DNA from: Opitutales bacterium
Lineage (GTDB): Bacteria; Verrucomicrobiota; Verrucomicrobiia; Opitutales; PNEW01
Reading direction: 5' to 3'
DNA length: 64,000 nucleotides
Assembly: GCA_965219535.1 (NCBI GenBank)
Contig: CBDCNV010000002.1
Span: forward strand, 2,154,981 to 2,218,980
The notes below the pieces were generated by a model. The model saw only the letters and a list, made by a program, of their open reading frames with translations. It did no database searches and was not told the DNA's origin. Shown piece by piece: positions 36,303 through 46,171 of the stretch. Positions within the stretch are counted from its first letter, which is position 1. Each line of letters begins with the position of its first letter. Both the position numbers and the translations under genes were made by a program.

Positions 36303-38003
36303 TCATTCTATTGTCACTTCTTCAGTTGTCACCGCGATATCATCCCCATCCTCGTTGGAGAAGGTAGCGTCAATGCTCAGGGTCGGTTGAGGCGTTTCGT
36401 CAGACTTGAAATTGTTCTGTGTGATCAGAGTCTCAAATCCCGGTGTTGTCGATCCACTCTCCGCCACGACGATCGAAGCGCCATTCGTCTGCAACAGGTC
36501 TCCACCCGTGATGCGCAAACCGGGGTTGCCCGCCGGTACCGTGAAGGACCCGTTTCCGAACAGCAGGTGCGGCACCGCATCGCCGTCGGCGTCGATGTCG
36601 CCCACCGTTAATCGTACCGCGATCGGTACGCCACGCGCATCGAAGCCGACCTTGCCGGTGCTTCCACTGAACACGGCATTCGATAACTGTACCCCTCCCA
36701 GGCCCGTGGAGTTGACTACTTCCACGAGGGCCACATCGGCCTGGGCGTCATAGACCTGTCCTTCGGGGAACAGCGCCTGGTTAAAGGCGTTGATCCTGCC
36801 CACCGTGAAAATGCTGAAGAAGGTATTGGCGTCAGCTCCATCGATGACCACACTCGGCTTGCCCGTCACATACTCAACGGCCTGGTTGTAGCGTGGAGGG
36901 ACAGCCGGGGGCAGGAAGGTGGCCGGGTCCAGGGTTACGGTAAAGGTACCGTTACCTGAGAACTCTACCTGCACAATGTCCTCGTTTTCGTCCATGAAGG
37001 AAACACGGGTGATCTGTCCCGGTTTGGCCTGGAGTTGGACGGACTCTCCGGTGAGTAGTATCTGGTCGAAGACGTTGCCGTTGGCATGCTGAATGTCTTC
37101 ACCCGCGATATCGCCCGAGCCGTCGAGGACGAGGGGCACTGAAGGTGCTGCTACCGTGACGACGGCCGTATCGCTGTTGGCGCTCCCTCCGGCGTTCGTT
37201 ACCTGCACCCAGAAATTCGTGCTCGCGGTGAGTGCACCCGTGGTCAAGGTATTCGACGTAGCTCCGGCGATGGGATGATTAGCAGAGTCGCCGCTATTGC
37301 CTTCATACCACTGGTAAGTGAGATCGTCGCCGCTGGCTTCAACTGACAAAACGACAGCGGTCCCCGACTGCACTTCCTGGTTCGTGGGTTGGGTAGTGAT
37401 AGAGGGAGCATCCGCGGGTGGCGGTGCTGAGGTATCAGTGCCCGGTGCGCCAATAGGAGTAAAACCGAAATCATCGAAGACTGTTGCGCTTCTCGCTATA
37501 TTTACATTGGGATTGTCCTTAACAATCAGTCTGCCAATGCCGCCTGGAGCTCCCAACTCTACCGTATTGATTGTAGTTTGACGGGGTTTGAATAAAGCAT
37601 CAAGAGCCCCAGCACTTTCCAAGTCCGAAAAGGTAGCAAGAAGGTTATCATTAGTATCGTAAACTTCGATTGTTCCGTCGGGGTCAGTAGTGCCAGTCAA
37701 AACAATGGCTGCGGCGAAAACATCGATCTCAAATGCCGGGGTTTCAAAAGTGACCGTGAAGCTTTCTCCGTTAGCAATCCCATAGGATTGAAGTCCCGAT
37801 CGCGTTGGATTATTTGCGGCAGATAAAATCGAGCCCCCAACAAAAGTAGCTCTAATAGGTGATTCCCCAACAATAATGGGTGCCGTTATACCTGCACCCA
37901 CACTAAAATCCTCAAAAGTAGTGAATACGGTGTTATTGGACGGTCTTTTCGTTATGGTGAAACCCAGATCGTCAAGGGAGAATTTTCCTGAAACATTTTT
38001 GAT
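36303..38003 (-). pseudogene. Ig-like secreted protein paralog B, C-terminal part (separated from its 5' end by an IS)
   Basis: The frame is open up to the IS boundary at 38003 (IKNVSGKFSLDDLGFTI...). It is collinear with paralog A from about residue 187 onward. Confidence 0.8.
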
Positions 38004-38030
38004 TGATCGGACCCCGTTTTTCGTACCAAT

Positions 38031-38954
38031 TTAAGTGAGAGAGTTACCGGGTGTTAATGGTTTTAGGATTGATGTATATGAGAGATCTTGGCGAAGTGAG
38101 GGCGTAGCCCGAACGCGGCCAAGATCGGAAAGGAATCTGACAAACTCTTGTGGGCTTTTGAAGCCTAAACGACTGTGGGGATGTTCATGGTTATAGGTCT
38201 GACGCCATTGTTCGATTACCACTTGCGCTTCAGCCACGCTGAGTAACACTTCACGGTTCAAACACTCATCGCGTAAGCGGTTGTGAAACGACTCGATGAA
38301 ACCGTTTTGCCAGGGACTGCCCGGATCGATATAGATCGCCTTTATGTTATTACCGGACAACCACTGCTGCACTTGATGAGCAATGAACTCACTGCCGTTG
38401 TCACTACGGATATAGCTGGGAGGTCCCTCCTCTTCAATGGCCTCGCTAAGCACAGAGAGGACATCGGTTGAGGTGAGTTGACGAGCGACCCGGATATCCA
38501 GGCATTTACGCGTATATTCATCGATTAGAGTCATCATCTTTAATGGACCGCCGTTGTCTGTACGATCATGGACAAAGTCCCAGGACCAAACGTGATTGCG
38601 ACCCTTTGCTTTAGTAGGTGACCCCGTAGAGACTCCTTGACGGTGTCTGCCCTTTTTCGGGGGCTTTACCTGCAGCCCTTCTGAACGTCGTACCGCCTGG
38701 ACAAACTTCCTGCTTGTTGTCCAGCCTTCCTTTACCAGCAAGGCACGGATGCGCCGGTAACCGTAGCGGGGATGTTTCCAGGACAAGCTCACAATCCGCT
38801 CGACCAACCGCTGAGCTTTCTCACTGGCCTGTTTGGGCCGGTAACTGAACGTTGACCAACTCAGGCTGAGATAAGCACAAGCCCTCCGCAACGAGCACAA
38901 CCCTTTCTCAGCCGCAGCTTTTACTACTCGTTTCTTCTGCTTTGGGCTCACCAT
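38031..38954 (-). CDS. IS3-family transposase OrfB (DDE/rve core)
   Basis: WSWDF...SDNGSEF...NGFIESFHNRLRDE. The stop lies inside the terminal repeat. Confidence 0.9.
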   Translation of the reverse strand: MVSPKQKKRVVKAAAEKGLCSLRRACAYLSLSWSTFSYRPKQASEKAQRLVERIVSLSWKHPRYGYRRIRALLVKEGWTTSRKFVQAVRRSEGLQVKPPKKGRHRQGVSTGSPTKAKGRNHVWSWDFVHDRTDNGGPLKMMTLIDEYTRKCLDIRVARQLTSTDVLSVLSEAIEEEGPPSYIRSDNGSEFIAHQVQQWLSGNNIKAIYIDPGSPWQNGFIESFHNRLRDECLNREVLLSVAEAQVVIEQWRQTYNHEHPHSRLGFKSPQEFVRFLSDLGRVRATPSLRQDLSYTSILKPLTPGNSLT

Positions 38955-39241
38955 TTTTTTGACAGCGTTTCCTCCATTACCTGATTCTTGAGCATTTGAT
39001 CTGCGAGCAGCTTCTTCAGCTCGGTATGTCAGGCCTTCTCGCTTGCGCTCGTGAATTCTTTTTCCAGCTCTTTAAATCGCTTCGCATCGGCAAGTTCTAA
39101 ATTGCCATATTTTTTACGCCAGCGATAGAAAGTCTGTTCGCTCAGGTTGTTTCCACGGCAGATTTCCTGTACCGTTTTACCGGTATCGGCTTGCCGCAAT
39201 ATTGTTATAATCTGTTCTGTTGTGTATCTTTTTCTTTTCAT
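38948..39241 (-). pseudogene. IS3-family transposase OrfA with an in-frame TGA inside an extra 27-nt segment
   Basis: MKRKRYTTEQIITILRQ...RFKELEKE[FTSASEKA-TGA]HTELKKLLADQMLKNQVMEETLSKKW. The A7 slippery site is at 38954-38960. Confidence 0.7.
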
Positions 39242-39306
39242 TGAGGTTATCTGTTTATCCCGATAACCTCTCTCTGTAAATGATACGATTTTTGGGGGTC
39301 ACTCCA

Positions 39307-39541
39307 CGAGGGTTATCGCTTTGGTTCCCGAGTGTAAGAGCGCTGGATCTTCTAAAGTTTCTACTGTGAAACCGACTAATTTTACCCTGTTTGGCTCTTC
39401 CCCAATGAAAAATTCACCTTCCCCGCTGATATCCTCAAAATCCGTGAATACCTCGAGGTCTTGCGGTAGAGCTGAGAGCAGAAACGGTAAGATTAATGCA
39501 CTTAACAAGAGCAAAAAAGAAATGTGATTTCTAAAGTACAT
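39307..39541 (-). pseudogene. Ig-like secreted protein paralog B, N-terminal fragment
   Basis: Signal peptide plus LPQDLEVFTDFEDISGEGEFFIGEEPNRVKLVGFTVETLEDPALLHSGTKAITL, closely matching residues 25-97 of paralog A. Confidence 0.8.
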
Positions 39542-39606
39542 ATAAGATTCCTCAATGAATAAATTAAAGAGAAATCCGTTAGGGTCAAACGGGATTGAAC
39601 TTTCTT

Positions 39607-39853
39607 GTCATTGCGAGGAGCAACACGACGAAGCTACCGAGCGCAGCGACATCTTACACTCCAGGTGAATGTCTGTTGTATGAAGTAGGTCCCTTGGTGT
39701 TAGGATTAATTCTCAACCGATCGTATACTTAATTTTGAGACGAACCCTCATTGGATAGATTTGAGCGGAAATTGGTTTTCGTAGGCATAATGACTATTTG
39801 CCTGGAATGGAAGATGTCGCTGTGCTCGGTAGCCGCGCTTCGCTCGCAATGAC
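39607..39853 (+). repeat. gene-less derivative of the GIY-YIG element (two long arms plus last 13 codons)
   Basis: Arms at 39607-39665 and 39801-39853. 39743-39784 reads NPHWIDLSGNWFS-stop. Confidence 0.8.
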
Positions 39854-40010
39854 AAAAGGAATATTACGAAAATTAGTATTATTTATGATATCCGCTAGGA
39901 AAAATCGCTTCCTCCCACGAGTGATAAGGACCCACTCTCGGAAGCGTCTTTTCCACGAAACATATCACGGGATAACATACAAGGGCGAAGCCCGACATCT
40001 TCCAAATCAG

Positions 40011-41114
40011 CTACCGAGGCGAAGCTCGACATCCCTCATTGTCTATCTCCTGCAACTTGAACCGGACACTCACCACAGACTGCTTTTCCGGTCCCGGTCT
40101 GTACTTGATATAGGTCGTGGCTACCAAGGTGTCGTCGGGCAAGAGCTCCAACCCCGGGTATCCACAGTCGTGCGCCTTTTCTTCATCGTAACTGTGCAGT
40201 AGTTTGATGCGATACTGACCCTCCCGACAGTTGCGCAGGTCTTGATACGTACCCACCCAGGCTACAAAATGTCCCCAGGTCGGGCTATTGGCAGTCCTGT
40301 CTCGAAAGCAAATGACGAGACGACCGTCCGAGGCGTAGCGCGGTTGGTGGCGGTCGCCCGTGATCGTGCGGTTGAGCTCCACGGGGGGAGTCCACGATTC
40401 TCCTTCATCATCGCTGAACATAGCGAGCGAGCGGCATTTCATGCTGCCGTTAACCCGCAACACACAGGTAATTTCACTCCCCTCGGGTGAGCGTACGAAC
40501 GCAGGTTCGCACGGCTTTGAATCAGGAAATTCCCCGCCGCTCGTGAGAAGCAATCGCTCTGGTCCCCAGGTCAGCCCTCCATTCTCTGAGATGCTCAGAA
40601 AAGTTGAGCCATCTCGATTCCAGGCACCCAACAATCGGTCTTGAGAAATCTCTATAACCGTCGTGAAGGGCATGGTTGTTTTCAGCCCATTTTCTTCGAA
40701 TGGTGTCCATGTCTGACCCGCATCTACCGACATGGCTTGACGCATTTTACCCTCGCCCTCAAAAATGAAGAGCCGTTCAACATTGTCCGGTCCAACAAAA
40801 CGGTAGAGGGCAGGGCAATTGTTCGCAGTAATCCAGTTCTCCGGGACGGGCAGTGGATCTGTCCATATCATTCCGCCATCGTCACTGCGACAGAGCACAG
40901 CAGACGGTCTCCCGTGTCCTAATGGGTACACACAATAGATTGTCTTTCCATCTGGCATCAAAAGGGTAGTTGGATGTCCCTTGTAACTTTCACTCGTGCC
41001 CTGCGCTACTATTACGTGACGCCTCGTTTCATGGGAGATATCGATCATAGGAATATTGAAGGGTATAGTTTCCGTCATTTGAATCTCCTCTCTCTTAAAC
41101 AACTTCGGTTCCAA
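40011..41114 (-). CDS. BNR/Asp-box beta-propeller protein (sialidase-like), no signal peptide seen
   Basis: Asp boxes SDDGGMIW, SVDAGQTW, SENGGLTW, SDDEGESW. The last 8 codons (EGCRASPR) and the stop lie in a repeat core. Confidence 0.8.
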   Translation of the reverse strand: MEPKLFKREEIQMTETIPFNIPMIDISHETRRHVIVAQGTSESYKGHPTTLLMPDGKTIYCVYPLGHGRPSAVLCRSDDGGMIWTDPLPVPENWITANNCPALYRFVGPDNVERLFIFEGEGKMRQAMSVDAGQTWTPFEENGLKTTMPFTTVIEISQDRLLGAWNRDGSTFLSISENGGLTWGPERLLLTSGGEFPDSKPCEPAFVRSPEGSEITCVLRVNGSMKCRSLAMFSDDEGESWTPPVELNRTITGDRHQPRYASDGRLVICFRDRTANSPTWGHFVAWVGTYQDLRNCREGQYRIKLLHSYDEEKAHDCGYPGLELLPDDTLVATTYIKYRPGPEKQSVVSVRFKLQEIDNEGCRASPR

Positions 41115-41203
41115 TATTCAGTCTGCATAATATTGGGGAAAAGAAATTGAACCTTGAATCCGGTTGGGGCTTTCTCAGCATTTCATGCCAGTGGAAATTG
41201 CAC

Positions 41204-42040
41204 CTAATTCCCTTTGGGGGATTGAGCCACGAGATTGTAATAAACACTTTCGCCGCATTTAAGTTTTAAATAGGGGTAACTTCTCGTAGTACCTGCAAAG
41301 AATTCTGCGGCTTTTCTAAAAGGAGTGGGTACTGTCTCATTGATCTTGCGCATTTTACGTTCATCGTCCTGATGCATCGCAGCCATTACACGATCAGTTA
41401 TCATCTCCTCACTTTTAATCGTCATTCCCACCTCATCCAATAATTTCAGTATTATTTCGTAGACTACCTGTTCGATAACATCTGAAACGATAAAATAACC
41501 TCCGGGTTTGAGCACGCGCATCATTTCATGGATAAAGGCTATTCTATCGGGCAATGCGTGAAAAGATTCGACACTCATAACGACATCGAAACTGTGTTCT
41601 TCAAATGGCATCTCAAGCGCATTCCCGGTAATAAATTTTAAACCTGGAGCTTGGTAAATTCGATTACAAAAATTTACTCCGTTCCGCGTTAATTCAAGGC
41701 CAGTCATTGAATGCGGGTTGTGGTAGCGATGGACAAAGGAAGCTCCACCGCCACGGCCTGAACCCACTTCGAGAACATCTAAGCCTTGGAGCGTTAATTT
41801 AGAAGCTGTATAATGATAAAGAGAAAGCGCCAGTCGTTCACTTTCTTCTTCTGGTTCGAGGGGGGGTGAATCGGATTCGTTCAATGGAAGGTATCCATAA
41901 TTAATACACCTCCAATCCGAATGCTTCCGGTAGAGAAAATTGAGCATTTCGTAATAAATACGCGTGTAGTATCTCCATTTTCTTATCTTCCGATAACTGC
42001 GGACATAAAAGTTATTTCTTTTTAATTCGAGTTCCGTCAT
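41204..42040 (-). CDS. class I SAM-dependent methyltransferase
   Basis: Motif I VLEVGSGRGGGA, then LKPGGYFIVSD. Confidence 0.8.
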   Translation of the reverse strand: MTELELKRNNFYVRSYRKIRKWRYYTRIYYEMLNFLYRKHSDWRCINYGYLPLNESDSPPLEPEEESERLALSLYHYTASKLTLQGLDVLEVGSGRGGGASFVHRYHNPHSMTGLELTRNGVNFCNRIYQAPGLKFITGNALEMPFEEHSFDVVMSVESFHALPDRIAFIHEMMRVLKPGGYFIVSDVIEQVVYEIILKLLDEVGMTIKSEEMITDRVMAAMHQDDERKMRKINETVPTPFRKAAEFFAGTTRSYPYLKLKCGESVYYNLVAQSPKGN

Positions 42041-42309
42041 GAGCTATAAATATCAAATAATTTCCCTAAAGGATAAAGAATTCAGGATGCTTCAAGAGGA
42101 TTATTAATGATACATTAATTAGTCAGCCACCTGTCCGTAATAATTTATGTGAGAAAGGTTTTATCTATCAATTGCTTGTTGTAATTATGCAGACGGGGTG
42201 GTGCAGTGATAGCCCTGGTATTTTTTAAATAGGGGTCAGACCTTAAGTGCACGCTCTCTAGTGGGCCGATCAGAGAGACAATAATTATCGATCGCAATCA
42301 CTATGCTGC

Positions 42310-42498
42310 TCAGACCCGATCTTGTTCCAGGCAAACCGGACTTGCTTCCTTTTTTTCTTCACTGTCATTTCCACAAATTGCACAATTTCCGACTCCGCCA
42401 CAACTACCTTTAAGGCGGCGTTTACCAAAGATAACACCGACCGCCATAGCGATAAAAAAGAAGCCAAAGAAAGCCAGAGTAATGAAGAAAAGATTCAT
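42310..42498 (-). CDS. nqrM: Na+-NQR maturation protein NqrM
   Basis: 62 aa with one TM helix followed by GSCGGVGNCAICG. Sits at the end of the nqr-apbE operon. Confidence 0.8.
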   Translation of the reverse strand: MNLFFITLAFFGFFFIAMAVGVIFGKRRLKGSCGGVGNCAICGNDSEEKKEASPVCLEQDRV

Positions 42499-42504
42499 TA
42501 GTTT

Positions 42505-43569
42505 TTATTCCTTATCGTAATATTCTCTTTTGAATTTTGTTGTTTCTTTTTCAAAAAATCCGTCTTCACCCTTAATAATAAATAGAGCGGCTTTGCTCTC
42601 TCTTTCAGCTAGTTGGTATCCTTCCTCAGGGCCAAGAACAATAAGGGCCGTAGCCAAAGCGTCTGCCCGCATACAGGAGGAGTCAAGCACCGTAACTGAA
42701 GCGAGGCGATGCTGGATGGGATAACCTGTTCTAGGATTAATTTCATGTGAGTATCGTTTACTATCTTTTTCAAAATAATTTCTATAATCACCAGAAGTGG
42801 CAATAGCCCGGTCATTAAGGTCAATGACCTTATGAATCTCCTTTTTATCTACGATAGGGCTTTCGATAGCAATTCTCCAGGGTGAATTATCTTTTTTTCT
42901 ACCCCTGGTCTTCATTTCTCCTCCTATATCGACAATATAGTTCATAATTCCCTGAGTTTCCAGAAGATTTGCAATTGAATCTACAGCAAATCCTTTAGCT
43001 ATCCCAGATAAATCAACATACAGATCAGCGCGATCTTTCTTAAGCGCAGGGGGGGAGAGGCGTGATTTCAAGTGATGGGAACCTACTTTCTTCAAGGATT
43101 CATTTATCTTTTCCGCGCTGGGGATTTCTTCCTTTCCACCTGGAGGGCCAAACCCCCATAAGTTAACCAGGGGGCCAACCGTGATATCGAACGCGCCTTC
43201 AGTTAACTGGTGAATCTCAATCCCTTCTGCGACAACCATTGCCGTTTCAAATGAAACAGGAAACCAATCGGTCATAGTGTAGTCATTAAAAAGCGACAGT
43301 TCAGAGTCCGAAATATAGGTGGACATTTGGGCATTGATCTCAATAAGGAGTTTATCGATCTCAGTCTTTAATTTCTCTGCCTCAAGGGAGGAGGAGGGAG
43401 AGGCGATGGTAACTCGATAATAAGTCCCCATCGTAGAACCCGATAGGGTAAGCGGACGATCATCAGTCGCATTCGATGAAGGTTTACTACAGTGAAAGAG
43501 GATTAAGCTAGAGAAAACTAATATCCCAATCACAAAAAAGGATTTTTTATTAGCTATGATAAAACCCAT
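42505..43569 (-). CDS. apbE: FAD:protein FMN transferase ApbE
   Basis: GTMGTYYRV, DITVGPLVNLWGFGP, DLSGIAKGFAVD, SGDYRNYFE. Positioned directly after nqrF. Confidence 0.9.
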   Translation of the reverse strand: MGFIIANKKSFFVIGILVFSSLILFHCSKPSSNATDDRPLTLSGSTMGTYYRVTIASPSSSLEAEKLKTEIDKLLIEINAQMSTYISDSELSLFNDYTMTDWFPVSFETAMVVAEGIEIHQLTEGAFDITVGPLVNLWGFGPPGGKEEIPSAEKINESLKKVGSHHLKSRLSPPALKKDRADLYVDLSGIAKGFAVDSIANLLETQGIMNYIVDIGGEMKTRGRKKDNSPWRIAIESPIVDKKEIHKVIDLNDRAIATSGDYRNYFEKDSKRYSHEINPRTGYPIQHRLASVTVLDSSCMRADALATALIVLGPEEGYQLAERESKAALFIIKGEDGFFEKETTKFKREYYDKE

Positions 43570-43660
43570 CCGTCGAAAGAAAGTTCCCGGTCACTTTTTA
43601 TTATATACAATATAATGGATATACGCCGAGTTGGGCCATCGGCTCAAATCCTGTAAAGAA

Positions 43661-44899
43661 CTAACCACCAAAGTCATCGAAGAGGATATTTTCCTCTTCA
43701 ACTCCGAGGTCAAAGAGCATATTTATGACCGCAGAATTCATCATGGGTGGCCCGCAGATATAAAATTCGCAATCTTCGGGTGCGGGGTGATCTTTAAGGT
43801 AATTATCGTAGAGTACCTGGTGAATGAATCCCGTATAACCTTCCCAATTATCTTCAGGTAAGGGTTCAGATAAAGCAACGTGCCAGGTAAAATTATCGTG
43901 TTTTTGCTGGAGCATGTCGTAGTCCTCAACGTAAAACATTTCCCGCAAACTTCGAGCCCCATACCAGAAGGTAATTTTTCTATTTGAATGTAATCGAGCG
44001 AGTTGATCAAAGATATGGGAGCGCATCGGAGCCATCCCTGCTCCACCACCAACAAATATCATTTCAGCGTCCGTCTCCTTGGCAAAGAATTCACCAAAGG
44101 GTCCGGATATCGTGACTTCATCTCCGGGTTTAAGATTGTATATATAAGAAGACATCATACCCGGAGGAATTCCCTCGGGTGCACGGGGGGGAGGGGTGGC
44201 GATCCGAACATTGAGCATAATAATTCCTTTTTCTTCCGGAAAATTAGCCATCGAATAGGCTCTAAACACTTCTTCATCGACTTTTGAAGTAAAGCGCCAA
44301 ATATTGTGCTGATCCCAGTCCGGCCTGTATTGTTCGTCGATTACGAAGTCTTTGAAATCTACGACATGGGGTGGACACTCGATCTGGATAAAACCACCTG
44401 CGCGAAAATCAACATTTTCTCCTGCTGGAAGCTCAAGTATAAGTTCCTTAATAAAGGTGGCGACATCATCGTTGGAGCGAACTTTGCATTTCCACTTTTT
44501 GACTTCAAATACTTCAGCCGGGACCTCAATTTTCATATCCTGCTTTACTGCTACCTGGCAGGATAGCCGCATACCTTCGCGCGCATCTTTTTTGGTAATT
44601 TGTGAAAGCTCTGTAGAAAGGATGTCACCCCCACCTTCCATAATTTTTACCGTGCACTGACCACAGGTTCCACCGCCCCCGCAGGCAGAGGAGACAAATA
44701 TTTTTTCTGTCGCAAGGGCGTTAAGTAGTTTCCCACCGGCGGGAACGGTGATTGCTTTGTCCGGATCGTCGTTAATGAGAATACTTATATTACCGGCTTG
44801 GACGAGCCTCGCCTTGGCCATAAGGATGAACACGACTAGAAAAAGGACGACGACAGTAAACATCGTAACGCCTAAAAGGATTTGAAAAATTTCAGACAC
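43661..44899 (-). CDS. nqrF: Na+-translocating NADH:quinone oxidoreductase subunit F
   Basis: N-terminal TM helix, 2Fe-2S motif [10 protein letters not shown], and a FAD/NADH-binding domain. Confidence 0.95.
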   Translation of the reverse strand: MSEIFQILLGVTMFTVVVLFLVVFILMAKARLVQAGNISILINDDPDKAITVPAGGKLLNALATEKIFVSSACGGGGTCGQCTVKIMEGGGDILSTELSQITKKDAREGMRLSCQVAVKQDMKIEVPAEVFEVKKWKCKVRSNDDVATFIKELILELPAGENVDFRAGGFIQIECPPHVVDFKDFVIDEQYRPDWDQHNIWRFTSKVDEEVFRAYSMANFPEEKGIIMLNVRIATPPPRAPEGIPPGMMSSYIYNLKPGDEVTISGPFGEFFAKETDAEMIFVGGGAGMAPMRSHIFDQLARLHSNRKITFWYGARSLREMFYVEDYDMLQQKHDNFTWHVALSEPLPEDNWEGYTGFIHQVLYDNYLKDHPAPEDCEFYICGPPMMNSAVINMLFDLGVEEENILFDDFGG

Positions 44900-44927
44900 T
44901 GTTATTTCGATCCTATTTGCTAATCAT

Positions 44928-45539
44928 CTAAAGTTGAATACCCGAAAAGGCCATAAAGGCCAAAGACATCAGTCCAACTATAATAAAGGTGATTCCCAGT
45001 CCTTTGAGTCCATCTGGGATATCACTATATTTCAATTTTTCTCGTATCCCCGCTAAACCAGCGATTGCAATAGCCCAGCCGAATCCAGTGCCAAAACCAA
45101 AAACGGCACTTTCGGAAAAGTTATAGTCTCGCTCTACCATAAATAGAGATCCGCCGAGGATGGCACAATTTACGGTAATGAGCGGGAGAAAAATACCCAG
45201 GGCATTGTAGAGGGCAGGGACATACTTATCTAATATCATTTCCAGAACTTGTATCATCGCTGCGATAACACCGATGTAGGAAATGAATCCGAGAAAGGAT
45301 AAATCTACGCCATGAATTCCGGCCCAAACTAAGGCATCTTCTTTGAGAAGATACTGATAGATTAAATTATTCACGGGAATCGTAATTGTCTGAACGACGA
45401 TCACTGCGATTCCCAAACCAATGGCAGTACTGACTTGCTTGGAGACGGCGAGAAAAGTACACATGCCGAGAAAGAAGGCCAGTGCCATATTTTCGACAAA
45501 GACCGAAGTGAGAAAGATACTAAGGTAGTTTTCAAGCAT
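44928..45539 (-). CDS. nqrE: Na+-NQR subunit E
   Basis: 203-aa polytopic protein between nqrD and nqrF. Typical [15 protein letters not shown] start region. Confidence 0.9.
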   Translation of the reverse strand: MLENYLSIFLTSVFVENMALAFFLGMCTFLAVSKQVSTAIGLGIAVIVVQTITIPVNNLIYQYLLKEDALVWAGIHGVDLSFLGFISYIGVIAAMIQVLEMILDKYVPALYNALGIFLPLITVNCAILGGSLFMVERDYNFSESAVFGFGTGFGWAIAIAGLAGIREKLKYSDIPDGLKGLGITFIIVGLMSLAFMAFSGIQL

Positions 45540-45544
45540 TGAGA

Positions 45545-46168
45545 TTAAGCTTCTTCAACTTGTTCTTTTTTCCAACATCTCAAAATCCAGATAAAGAGAC
45601 CAATGATAAAGAATGCGCTGGGAGGCAGTAGCATCATTCCATTTGAAACATACCAGCCTCCTTCATTAGAGAGGGGTAGGATAATATGTCCGAATAATCG
45701 GCCTGAACCAAATAGCTCACGAAAGACACCGACTATTATAAGAATCAAACTGTACCCTAATCCATTCCCAATTCCGTCCATGAAACTTAGAAAGACTGAC
45801 TCTTTCATCGCGAATGCCTCTGCTCTTCCCATGACGATGCAGTTGGTAATGATTAATCCGACAAAGATTGAGAGTTGTTTGCTGATGTCAAAGGCGTAAG
45901 CTTTGAGAATCTGATCAACAACGATGACGAGCGAAGCGATAATCGTCATCTGTACGATAATGCGAATACTATTGGGAATATGATTGCGAATAAAGCTGAC
46001 GCTTGCATTCGATAAGCCCAAGACACATATCACCGCGATAGACATGACAAATACGGTTTCCAATTTTGTGGTAATTGCCAAAGCGGAGCAAATACCAAGC
46101 ACTTGAAGACCAATGGGATTGTTATTAAATAAAGGATCGAGCAGAACTTTTGTCGGTTTACTAGCCAT
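45545..46168 (-). CDS. nqrD: Na+-NQR subunit D
   Basis: 207-aa polytopic protein, [21 protein letters not shown]. Confidence 0.9.
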   Translation of the reverse strand: MASKPTKVLLDPLFNNNPIGLQVLGICSALAITTKLETVFVMSIAVICVLGLSNASVSFIRNHIPNSIRIIVQMTIIASLVIVVDQILKAYAFDISKQLSIFVGLIITNCIVMGRAEAFAMKESVFLSFMDGIGNGLGYSLILIIVGVFRELFGSGRLFGHIILPLSNEGGWYVSNGMMLLPPSAFFIIGLFIWILRCWKKEQVEEA

Positions 46169-46171
46169 AAT

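Larger units (their letters stand above)
38004..39306 (-). mobile_element. IS3-family insertion sequence, 1303 bp
   Basis: Ends tgatcggaccccg (38004) and ggggtcactcca (39306). OrfA/OrfB with an A7 slippery site. No target-site duplication (flanks gat / cga). Confidence 0.85.

Noticed and set aside
39029-39031. Considered whether the in-frame TGA (and the TAA at 22761) reflects an alternative genetic code or selenocysteine.
   Set aside because: TGA and TAA terminate many well-supported genes in the window at the expected positions. No SECIS-like hairpin follows the TGA. The TGA lies in a segment that looks inserted.
42285-42467. An alternative 60-aa ORF overlaps nqrM in another frame.
   Set aside because: The 42310-42498 frame gives the TM helix plus GSCGG...C..C pattern typical of NqrM. 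The other frame has no such features.
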